A DNA stretch of 64,000 bases. It comes from Candidatus Nanopelagicales bacterium. GTDB lineage: Bacteria > Actinomycetota > Actinomycetes > S36-B12 > GCA-2699445. The translations under genes were made by a program, and so were the position numbers. Below, in pieces: positions 28,594-36,181 of this stretch. Below the pieces are notes generated by a model, which was not told the origin of the DNA, did not search any database, and saw only the letters and a program-made list of their open reading frames with translations. The DNA is taken from positions 3,084 to 67,083 of the forward strand of contig JAUYJT010000052.1 of assembly GCA_030700225.1 (NCBI GenBank), given 5' to 3'. Numbering within the stretch: the stretch's first letter is position 1; every line of letters starts with the position of its first letter.

Positions 28594-29187
28594 TTAGCCA
28601 GTGCGCAACGATCTTCGCGCGGCCAACTCATCTACTATTCCGTCGGGTGCTACGACGTCCCCTCCCGGTGACACCCCCGGAAGCAACGCGAGCGACCCCT
28701 CAACCTCGCGCCACACACTACCCACCGCGATTCCGAACACGCCTTGCCCCCCGTGGACAAGGTCAATCACTTCATGCTCGCTCGTGCACTCGTATACGGT
28801 CGCCCCGTCGCTCATCAGCGTGATCTGAGTGAGGTCCGCGTCGCGGTTCGCGGATAGATGTTTGACCGCCGCTCGGATGTTTGGCAGGGAGACACCCGCG
28901 TCGATCAAGCGCTTGACTATGCGCAGAACGAGGATGTCGCGAAAGGAGTAGAGGCGCTGCGAGCCCGAGCCTGATGCTGGTCTGATCGATGGCTCCAGCA
29001 AGCCCGTGCGAGCCCAGTAGTCGAGTTGACGGTAGGTGATGCTGGCCGCGCTGCAGGCGATGGGCCCTCGGTAGCCGACGTCATCGGCGAGGGGTCGCAG
29101 TTCCCGGTCGTCGAACAGGGCCGCTTGCGCGCCCTCGCCCTGCTGCTCGCCCACGTGGTTCCCCTCTGCGCTCATTCGCTCAACCAT
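28594..29187 (-). CDS. MerR-family transcriptional regulator (Rv1828-like position)
   Basis: Helix-turn-helix ITYRQLDYWARTGLLEPS...RLYSFRDILVLRIVKRL. Confidence 0.85.
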   Translation of the reverse strand: MVERMSAEGNHVGEQQGEGAQAALFDDRELRPLADDVGYRGPIACSAASITYRQLDYWARTGLLEPSIRPASGSGSQRLYSFRDILVLRIVKRLIDAGVSLPNIRAAVKHLSANRDADLTQITLMSDGATVYECTSEHEVIDLVHGGQGVFGIAVGSVWREVEGSLALLPGVSPGGDVVAPDGIVDELAARRSLRTG

Positions 29188-29247
29188 CCCACATCTTGTC
29201 TGTATTCGGGGTGTGCCGACACGGACATTGCGGACGTAAATGCGAGT

Positions 29248-29835
29248 TCAGCTACCCGAAGGCGCATCGGTGCCACCGCCAGTCTGAAAGTCCTCTGGCG
29301 TTATCTGGTCGAGGAACTCGCGGAACCGTTCGACTTCCTGTTCTTGCTCGGCTTCGTCTCCAGGCTCGGCCTGTTCCTCGATAGCGACCCCCGCGCTGTC
29401 CAAGAGCTCCTCGCTGGCCTCTACGGGTGTCCCGGTTCTTAGAGCGATAGCGATCGCGTCGGACGGCCGCGCGCTGACCTCGAGGCCGGACTTGAACACC
29501 ATCGTCGCGAAGAAGACGCCATCCTCCAAATGCGTAATCTGGATTACCTTCAGTGGCTCCTTCAGGGCCTCCAACATGTCCCGTATCAAGTCGTGTGTCA
29601 TTGGTCTTGGCGGAGTGACGCCCTCTTGGGCGAAGGCGATGGCTGTAGCCTCGACGGTCCCGATCCAGATGGGCAGGTAGCGTGAAGTGCCGGTCTCCCT
29701 CAACAGAACGACGGGCTGGTTCGACGGCATCTCCAGACGAACTCCGACGACATCAACTGGCCGCACTCCGCCACTGTAGTGCGTGAAGGGTTCGTTCACA
29801 CTCCCAATGCTCCTGGTGCGGGAGCGACGCGTCAC
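29248..29835 (-). CDS. bifunctional nuclease (BFN/DUF151) family protein
   Basis: VVLLRE..RYLPIWIG..EA.AIA and HDL motifs. Acidic C-terminal tail. Confidence 0.8.
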   Translation of the reverse strand: MTRRSRTRSIGSVNEPFTHYSGGVRPVDVVGVRLEMPSNQPVVLLRETGTSRYLPIWIGTVEATAIAFAQEGVTPPRPMTHDLIRDMLEALKEPLKVIQITHLEDGVFFATMVFKSGLEVSARPSDAIAIALRTGTPVEASEELLDSAGVAIEEQAEPGDEAEQEQEVERFREFLDQITPEDFQTGGGTDAPSGS

Positions 29836-30572
29836 CGAAGGGATGCCAGCCCAGCCGCGAGCAAACAGCGATGCATCTCGGTGAACGCCTCTACCATCGC
29901 GGTCGCGGCATCTCGCGTGCGCGCCCGGTCGCCGGTGAAGGGGGCGACGGCGTTGACTACGAGGCCGGCCTCCCTCGCGGCCGCGGCCTTCATCGACCTG
30001 ATGTGCCTATCATCGAAGCCCAGCGCGCTGAGAGTCTTCGACGCGCGACACACGTGAACTGTCGTCGGGTCGAATCGCCCCGAACGATCCGGTGCGACGA
30101 TGTGCGCCTTCTCCAGGATCTCCAGATCGTTAGAGCTCAAGCCGCTCAGCCGTTGGACGTCCCACCTGTTCAGCGGGCCAGCTGGGATTGAGTCGAAAAC
30201 GCGATCTGGGCCAGGATTTGACGGGTCGGCGCGTTTGGCGGTTTCCGCCGGTGGGCTCGCCTGGACGGGCGCGGGTTGATTGAGAGCTTCGGCGAGGGTT
30301 CCGTCGGAGAGCTTGTCCTTGATTACCCTCAGCGGCAAGTAGTGGTCCCGCTGCGCTGTCAGGATAAGCCGCAGGCGAGCGACGTCAGCGGACGTGAACC
30401 GTCTGTACCCGTTACGAGCGCGGTTCGGGGCCACTAGCCCCTCGGACTCCAGGAAGCGGATCTTGGAGATGGAGACGTCGGGGAAGTCCCTCATCAGCTC
30501 AGCGAGCACGGCTCCTATCGAGCCGGTCCCCGTTGAGCCAGTGGCGACCGAGATCGGACTCGCGCTCATCAA
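29832..30572 (-). CDS. MerR-family regulator, FtsR/Rv1830-like
   Basis: ISKIRFLESEGLV.P.R..NGYRRF...DV.RLR.IL..QRD.YLPL..IK. Located next to the FHA gene, as ftsR is next to odhI/garA. Confidence 0.8.
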   Translation of the reverse strand: MMSASPISVATGSTGTGSIGAVLAELMRDFPDVSISKIRFLESEGLVAPNRARNGYRRFTSADVARLRLILTAQRDHYLPLRVIKDKLSDGTLAEALNQPAPVQASPPAETAKRADPSNPGPDRVFDSIPAGPLNRWDVQRLSGLSSNDLEILEKAHIVAPDRSGRFDPTTVHVCRASKTLSALGFDDRHIRSMKAAAAREAGLVVNAVAPFTGDRARTRDAATAMVEAFTEMHRCLLAAGLASLR

Positions 30573-31081
30573 GCGGGAGCTTGGTAGAAGACGAAACGGT
30601 ACTTGCCTATCTGGACCTCGTCTCCGGAGCGCAGCAACGCAGATTCTGTCCGGGTCCGGTTCACATACGATCCGTTCAGGCTCGCTACGTCACTGAGCAT
30701 CCAGCCGTCCTCGGTGCGCGTGATCTCAGCGTGACGACGACTCACGGTCACGTCGTCGAGGAACACCGAGGCATCAGCTGCCCGACCCACGCTGACCTCC
30801 GACTGGTTCAACGGGAAGCGCGCCCCTTCGTCGGCTCCACGGATAACCACGAGCACGCCGTCGCCGGGAGCGATCCCGGTTAGGACTTCAGGATCGATGA
30901 CAGGCACTGGATCACCGAACTGAGTCGATGACGAAGCCACGGTTTCGCCTGACCGGTCGAGTTCGGCACCGCAGGAGCTGCAGAATCGGCTGCCTGGTTC
31001 GATGACGCGGTGACAGCTTGAACAGCGGGTGATCTCGATGTTGGCGGTGCGTTCCGCCTCTGACTCTGGCTGGTTGCTCAT
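30569..31081 (-). CDS. FHA-domain protein with N-terminal zinc ribbon (GarA/OdhI-position homolog)
   Basis: CSSCHRV...CSSCG ribbon. FHA core VGRAADASVFLDDVTVSRRHAEI...LNGSYVN. ATG 31081 has a GAGGGGG Shine-Dalgarno sequence; the ORF opens at 31111. Confidence 0.85.
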   Translation of the reverse strand: MSNQPESEAERTANIEITRCSSCHRVIEPGSRFCSSCGAELDRSGETVASSSTQFGDPVPVIDPEVLTGIAPGDGVLVVIRGADEGARFPLNQSEVSVGRAADASVFLDDVTVSRRHAEITRTEDGWMLSDVASLNGSYVNRTRTESALLRSGDEVQIGKYRFVFYQAPA

Positions 31082-31117
31082 GTGCCCCCTCGAAGGATCA
31101 CGACGCCCCACCCGTCG

Positions 31118-31146
31118 AACCTAGAACCGACCGGGGTCGAGGTCAA
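31118..31146 (-). promoter_or_regulatory. candidate housekeeping-sigma promoter for the FHA/FtsR-like operon
   Basis: Minus-strand TTGACC (31146-31141), a 17-nt spacer, then TAGGTT (31123-31118), about 35 nt upstream of ATG 31081. A second TTGACC lies 13 nt further upstream. Confidence 0.35.
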
Positions 31147-31167
31147 GCATAAGGGTCAAGTTGAGGT

Positions 31168-31578
31168 TCAGACAGCGCTGGTCAGGGCCTCGTACTCACC
31201 AGGCTCCAGCAGGCCGGTGGCTGGGGTGGTCAGCTCCGCGACCAGTAGCCAGCCAGAGCCGTATGGGTCGGAGTTGACTAGCTCAGGTTTGTCCTCGAGC
31301 CGGTCGTTCCGCTCGGTGACAACTCCCTCAATGGGACTGAATACTTCGCTGACGCTCTTGGTCGACTCAACTTCGCCACAAGACTTTCCTGGCTCCAGGG
31401 CTTGACCAACGTCCGGCAGGCTGATGAACACGATGTCGCCCAACGACTCCTGGGCGAAGTCCGTGATCCCGACCCTGACGGTCTTGGAGTCTGGGTTGAT
31501 ACGCACCCACTCGTGGTCCGGTGTGTACAGCAAGTCTTGAGGTACCAAGGCGTCCTCCCGCGGAGATGATCGTGACAC
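31168..31578 (-). CDS. gcvH: glycine cleavage system protein H
   Basis: YTPDHEWV and the lipoyl-lysine motif GEVESTKSVSEV. Confidence 0.95.
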   Translation of the reverse strand: MSRSSPREDALVPQDLLYTPDHEWVRINPDSKTVRVGITDFAQESLGDIVFISLPDVGQALEPGKSCGEVESTKSVSEVFSPIEGVVTERNDRLEDKPELVNSDPYGSGWLLVAELTTPATGLLEPGEYEALTSAV

Positions 31579-31594
31579 TCGCTCGATTGGAAGC

Positions 31595-34087
31595 CTACGT
31601 CAAAGCCTGTTTGACTACGTTCACCCATTGACCCAGCAGACCCTCGGCGTCAGCTAGAGACTCACCCTCTGCCCAAAGATGAGTCACTGCTTCGGCGGAG
31701 TCTGGTCGCACAAACACCCAGCGCCTCGCGTCGTGGTCAACAAGCACTCCGCCGACTGGTTTCTGCGGCTGGGCACCAGCGTGTTCGCGGACCGTGCCCA
31801 TCACTAGCGCCTTGCGAGCCCAAGGCGTGACGACATCCGCGTGGACAACGTGGGACACCGGAATGCGCGAATCGATCGTCGACAGCGTGAGCTTCGCGCG
31901 CGCGACGAGTCCGAGCACCATCACGAAGGCCGCGAACGGATCAAGATGCGGGCCCACCCCTGGCACGATGAAGCCGCCCTTGCCGTCGGCGCCGAGAATG
32001 ACCTCCGAGCTCGCTACCACTCGCGACAAGTCAGACTCGTCCGCCGGGGTCCGCAGAACGGATGAGCCATGGAACCTAGCGACCTCGTCGGCCACCCGGG
32101 TGGCGATGATCGGCAGCGCGACTTTGCCCTGTCGTTCCGCCAGCGCCAGATCTGACACGATGAGCGCCGCCCGATCGTCGTCGATGACATGGCCTAGGTC
32201 GTCGACGATGCTGAGCCTCTCCCCCGATGGATCGAAGTGAACGCCGAAGGCGGATTGGGAGCTCGACACCAGCCTGGCAAGCGACTGGAGAGCTTCCCTC
32301 CTTTCGGCGGCCGACTCCGTGGGTCTGGATTCGTCCAACCTGTTGTTGACCGTGAGCACGGAGACTCCCAAGCGACCCAGCAAGGCTGGCAGTACAAGTG
32401 CCGCTGTTCCCCCGGCTGTGTCGACGACGATCCGCAGATCAGCCTCCGTGACGCCGACGACGTTCACCGACTCGAGTAGGTCGTTCGCGTAGTCCTCCGC
32501 TACTCGGTGCGGCACCCGGACATCACCGAAATCACGCGGATACGGCCGACGGAATTCGGCGCGGGTGAACGCGCGCTCGATCGCTCGCTGTTTGCCGACA
32601 TCAGCTTCTGTTCCGTCCTTGCCCAGAACGAGCAAGTCAAGGCTGTCGGGCTGGCCAGGTGTTGTCCGCAGGAGGATTCCGCCAGCCGAGTTGTTGGCGG
32701 TGTCCGCACGGACAATCGGGACGGACGCAGTTCGTAGGTCTCTGACGAACAGCCCTCCGGCCGTCAGAGCTCCGATGACCGCTCGGTTGAAGGAGCGTGC
32801 CGCGCGCGAATGATCGCGGCCGACCGTGACGACCGAACCCTTGGGCAGAGTGGAGGCGAAGGCGGCCGCCAGCCGCACGGCCTTGTCAACGGTGAGCTCG
32901 ACATTGACCAGTCCCGAGACGCCGTGAGGTCCGAAGAGTTGCTTGCGGCTGGTTGATTCCCACACGACCGAGTCCTGTACTACGGCGCCGGCGTCAACAG
33001 TCTTGCCCGGGTAGATCAGAACGTCCCTTGTGACTACCGACTCCTCTTCGAGCGTGCATCCGTCCGCGATGACGGCGCCCTCGTCGACACGGCACCCGCG
33101 CATCAGCTGGGAGTCGCGGCCGATGATGGCTCCGCGCAGTTCGACCCCGATGTCGATGCGGCAACCGTCGAACAGCACGGATCGCTGCACGTGGGCCGTC
33201 CGACGCACGATGGCGTTCGACTCTACGACGGTGTCGGGGCCTGCCACCGCGTCCTTCTCTATCTTGCTGAAGGGTCCGACGAAGACAGGGGCAACGAGCT
33301 TGGCCTCCGGATCGACCTCGGCTCCTTCGGCCAGCCACACTCCTGGCCGGACCTGGAATCCAGGCGGCTCAGCGCCGACGAGGCGGCCCAGTACGTCGCT
33401 TTGGACAGTTAGGTACGAAGCCAGCGAGCCGACGTCCTCCCAGTAGCCAGAGGTCACGTGCCCGGCGACTTTGGCCCCGGACCTCAGCAGATCGGGAATG
33501 ACATCGCGAGCCCAGTCGGATTCGCGATCGCTGGGGATCAGGTCGAGCACGTGAGGTTCGACTAGGTAGATGCCGGTGTTTACGGTGTCGCTGAGGACTT
33601 CCCCCCACCCAGGCTTCTCCAGCAGTCTCTCGATCCGCTCGGCGTCATCGAGCAGCGCCACGCCAAACTCGCGAGGGTCCCCGCGATGGGCCAGAAGCAG
33701 CGACATGTCCGCGCCCTGCCTGTCATGGAACTCCCTGAACGCGGTCAGATCCACTCCGGTGAGCGCGTCACCGGAGATGACCAGGAATGTGCCATCGGAG
33801 AGCGCCTGGCCCGACGCCTTGACGCTGCCAGCCGTGCCTAGCGGGCGCGTCTCGTTGCTATAGCGAATGCTGACGTCGAAATCGTGGCCGTCCTCGAAGT
33901 AGTCGCGTATCTGCGCGGCGTGGTAGTAGACCGCGACAATGAGATCCGTGATCTGGTGACGCCGCAGCAGGTCGATTGTGTGAGCCATCAGTGGCCGACC
34001 GACCACCGGGAGCATCGGCTTTGGCAAAGTGGTTGTCAGCGGCCGCATCCGGACGCCTTCCCCCCCTGCCATCAGAACGGCCTTCAT
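31595..34087 (-). CDS. nucleotidyltransferase / hexapeptide-repeat / phosphohexomutase-like fusion protein (830 aa)
   Basis: MKAVLMAGGEGVRMRPLT..KPM NTP-transferase start, then a left-handed beta-helix region and a C-terminal PGM/PMM-like fold. The ATG at 34087 overlaps the upstream stop (ATGA). The ORF-track N-terminal extension to 34390 is rejected. Confidence 0.85.
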   Translation of the reverse strand: MKAVLMAGGEGVRMRPLTTTLPKPMLPVVGRPLMAHTIDLLRRHQITDLIVAVYYHAAQIRDYFEDGHDFDVSIRYSNETRPLGTAGSVKASGQALSDGTFLVISGDALTGVDLTAFREFHDRQGADMSLLLAHRGDPREFGVALLDDAERIERLLEKPGWGEVLSDTVNTGIYLVEPHVLDLIPSDRESDWARDVIPDLLRSGAKVAGHVTSGYWEDVGSLASYLTVQSDVLGRLVGAEPPGFQVRPGVWLAEGAEVDPEAKLVAPVFVGPFSKIEKDAVAGPDTVVESNAIVRRTAHVQRSVLFDGCRIDIGVELRGAIIGRDSQLMRGCRVDEGAVIADGCTLEEESVVTRDVLIYPGKTVDAGAVVQDSVVWESTSRKQLFGPHGVSGLVNVELTVDKAVRLAAAFASTLPKGSVVTVGRDHSRAARSFNRAVIGALTAGGLFVRDLRTASVPIVRADTANNSAGGILLRTTPGQPDSLDLLVLGKDGTEADVGKQRAIERAFTRAEFRRPYPRDFGDVRVPHRVAEDYANDLLESVNVVGVTEADLRIVVDTAGGTAALVLPALLGRLGVSVLTVNNRLDESRPTESAAERREALQSLARLVSSSQSAFGVHFDPSGERLSIVDDLGHVIDDDRAALIVSDLALAERQGKVALPIIATRVADEVARFHGSSVLRTPADESDLSRVVASSEVILGADGKGGFIVPGVGPHLDPFAAFVMVLGLVARAKLTLSTIDSRIPVSHVVHADVVTPWARKALVMGTVREHAGAQPQKPVGGVLVDHDARRWVFVRPDSAEAVTHLWAEGESLADAEGLLGQWVNVVKQALT

Positions 34088-34683
34088 CAGGACATGCCAA
34101 CCGGGCGGGTCCTGATCACTCGACTTGCTTGTTCCATGTACAGAACAGCGGCGTACAGGTAGAGCCCCGTGCCCCAGAGCACGGACGCCCAGCCCACGAC
34201 CTTGGCGATTTCCCCAACCGTCCCACCTATCGCGCCGAGCAGAATCAGCGGGAAGGCATACAGAAGGCAGAACGTGGCGGCCTTGCCGAGGAAGTGCACT
34301 GGCAGGCCGAGGACTCCCCGCCGCTTGAGCGCAGGCAGGAGCGCGGCCAGCACTAGGTCCCTGCCGAGAAGAACCAGGACAAGCCACCACGGCACAAGAC
34401 CCCGAAGGGCCAGCGCGATGAGTGTCGCCGCGATGTAGGCGCGATCCGCTACTGGATCCAGAATCTGGCCGAGTCGAGAGATCTGCCCGGTCGCCCTGGC
34501 GATCTTGCCGTCAGCCCAGTCCGTGATCCCCGAGACCGCTAGAAGCGCGAACGCCCAACCGTCCGCCTTGGGGACCAGGATCAGCCACAGCAAGACGGGG
34601 ATGCCGAGCAACCGCAGGAAGCTCAGGATGTTGGGGATCGTGAAGACGCGGTCGGTCTGGACTCGCGTTTCTTGGATCTTCAC
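34087..34683 (-). CDS. CDP-alcohol phosphatidyltransferase (PgsA / actinobacterial cardiolipin-synthase type)
   Basis: PNILSFLRL start and the DWADGKIAR...GQILDPVADR motif (D-x2-DG-x2-AR...D-x3-D). The GTG 34683 start makes a GTGA overlap with the upstream gene. The ORF extends to 34725. Confidence 0.85.
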   Translation of the reverse strand: MKIQETRVQTDRVFTIPNILSFLRLLGIPVLLWLILVPKADGWAFALLAVSGITDWADGKIARATGQISRLGQILDPVADRAYIAATLIALALRGLVPWWLVLVLLGRDLVLAALLPALKRRGVLGLPVHFLGKAATFCLLYAFPLILLGAIGGTVGEIAKVVGWASVLWGTGLYLYAAVLYMEQASRVIRTRPVGMS

Positions 34684-35363
34684 TGTCCGGGTCCGTCGGT
34701 CGGTGGCGGTGGAAGATCGGGCCATCCATCGTTCGCCCGACGTCGGCGGCTGCGGTATGCGACGGTGGCGCCGCTGGCGGCCGCCGCAGCGCCCAGAACT
34801 ATCGCTGCCACAGACAGAGGAAACACAGTCGACGACGTGTATCCAACGACGAAACTGGCGGAAACTCCTGTGCGGCCGTCGGGGTTCATCACCACGACCG
34901 CGGCCGATCCGCCGGTGGGCGGCACATACTCAAATGACGGGTCGGAACCGACGGCCTGTCGCGTCCAGAATGTCTCATCCCGCGGAGGCGCTGGAGTGGA
35001 TGTCCCAGGCACGGGCAGCGTCTTCCACTGCCCGTTCTCCTGGCCCACAACGTCGTACCGCGCTCCCCGCAGATACTGGTCAACAGTCGACGTCTGAGCC
35101 AGACCAAGGAACAGGCGCTCACCGGACTGGCTGCGCGCTCCGATCGTCGCCTTGCCCAGGAGGTCACCCCCGGGCAGGCCTGTGGTTACGGCGACGACAT
35201 TGGCGACTAGCGCGTGCGCATCTGGACCGGAGGAGATCTCCTGTGTCGCCAGCGTCACCGTGCCTGAGGTCCCAAAGGTGTAGACCCCGACACCCCCCAG
35301 CGTCACCAGGGCGGTGCCGCAGACAATCAGAACGACCGCGATGGCTAGCTTCAACGCCCGCAT
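34680..35363 (-). CDS. hypothetical bitopic membrane protein
   Basis: N- and C-terminal transmembrane helices around an about 170-aa extracytoplasmic region. GGAGG Shine-Dalgarno sequence before ATG 35363. Confidence 0.65.
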   Translation of the reverse strand: MRALKLAIAVVLIVCGTALVTLGGVGVYTFGTSGTVTLATQEISSGPDAHALVANVVAVTTGLPGGDLLGKATIGARSQSGERLFLGLAQTSTVDQYLRGARYDVVGQENGQWKTLPVPGTSTPAPPRDETFWTRQAVGSDPSFEYVPPTGGSAAVVVMNPDGRTGVSASFVVGYTSSTVFPLSVAAIVLGAAAAASGATVAYRSRRRRANDGWPDLPPPPTDGPGQ

Positions 35364-35509
35364 TGCCCGTCCTCCACCCGCCTGGCACCGTGCCAGGAAC
35401 CTGGTCAGCGTACCGTGAGCCAGCGTGGTTCCATCGGCCGTTGGCGATCCTTCACGCGCGCGGCGCGGTATACCCGAAGTGGGTCCGTGACTCCTCTACA
35501 GTCGGCATC

Positions 35510-36181
35510 ATGGACGATCCATACGCAGACGAAGAGATCGCAGCTGGGGATCCGCGGGATTCAGACGAAACGCTGCCTCCCCCGGCGCCACGCGACGTGG
35601 CCACCGTCACGACGGAGGGCCTCGGCGTTCGCAGGTTCGATCAGTGGCTCGTGCGGAACCTGTCACTGAACGTGGCACCCGGATCCGTCGTGACCGTCGA
35701 GGGACCGGCTGGGGCCGGACACAGCAAGGTGCTGCTCGCCCTGTCCGGCAGGGTGGCGCCGGACGAAGGATCCGTCTGTGTGCTCGGCGGCGCCGGAGCC
35801 GTCGGCTGGATTCCTGAGCTGGGGATGCTCGACGAACAGCTCACGGTTGCCGAGACGATGACGGAATGCGCCGGAGCGATTGGCGCCCCTGAGGACGCGA
35901 TAGCCGATGCGTTGGAGCTCACGGACCTGAGGGGCTGGGAGGACGTGCTGTGCGCGTATCTGACAACGCCCCAGCGCGTGAGGCTTGGAATGGCATGGGC
36001 GCTGCTTTCGCGTCCGGTGGCGCTGGCTGTTGACGCCACCGTTGGCGGGCCCGACGACAGTCTGTTCGCGCTCGCGTTTCACATCGCCAAGAGCGGCTGC
36101 GTCGTGCTGCTCGGGACCGCGGTTCCGGACGCACCATCTGACATGACCATCAGACTTCAGCCCAGCGAGGTGACCTCATGA
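35510..36181 (+). CDS. ABC-type nucleotide-binding-domain protein with degenerate catalytic motifs
   Basis: NBD fold with Walker A GPAGAGHS, signature LTTPQ, and Walker B ALAVDA. ATG 35510; upstream, the ORF is only an antisense shadow. ATGA overlap with the next gene. Confidence 0.75.
   Translation: MDDPYADEEIAAGDPRDSDETLPPPAPRDVATVTTEGLGVRRFDQWLVRNLSLNVAPGSVVTVEGPAGAGHSKVLLALSGRVAPDEGSVCVLGGAGAVGWIPELGMLDEQLTVAETMTECAGAIGAPEDAIADALELTDLRGWEDVLCAYLTTPQRVRLGMAWALLSRPVALAVDATVGGPDDSLFALAFHIAKSGCVVLLGTAVPDAPSDMTIRLQPSEVTS

Noticed and set aside
31115-31130. TCGAAC-CTAG-AACCGA, resembling an actinobacterial LexA box (TCGAAC-N4-GTTCGA)
   Set aside because: The second half-site matches only 3 of 6 positions. 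The sequence is better explained as the spacer of the predicted promoter.
34088-34390. 101-codon N-terminal extension of the nucleotidyltransferase ORF
   Set aside because: It overlaps the phosphatidyltransferase gene. The canonical MKAVLMAGG start at 34087 forms an ATGA overlap with the upstream stop.
34505-35509. N-terminal 335 codons of the 558-aa + strand ORF
   Set aside because: This part is extremely Arg/Pro/Ser-rich and lies antisense to two well-supported minus-strand genes. ABC-like similarity begins only after the internal ATG at 35510.
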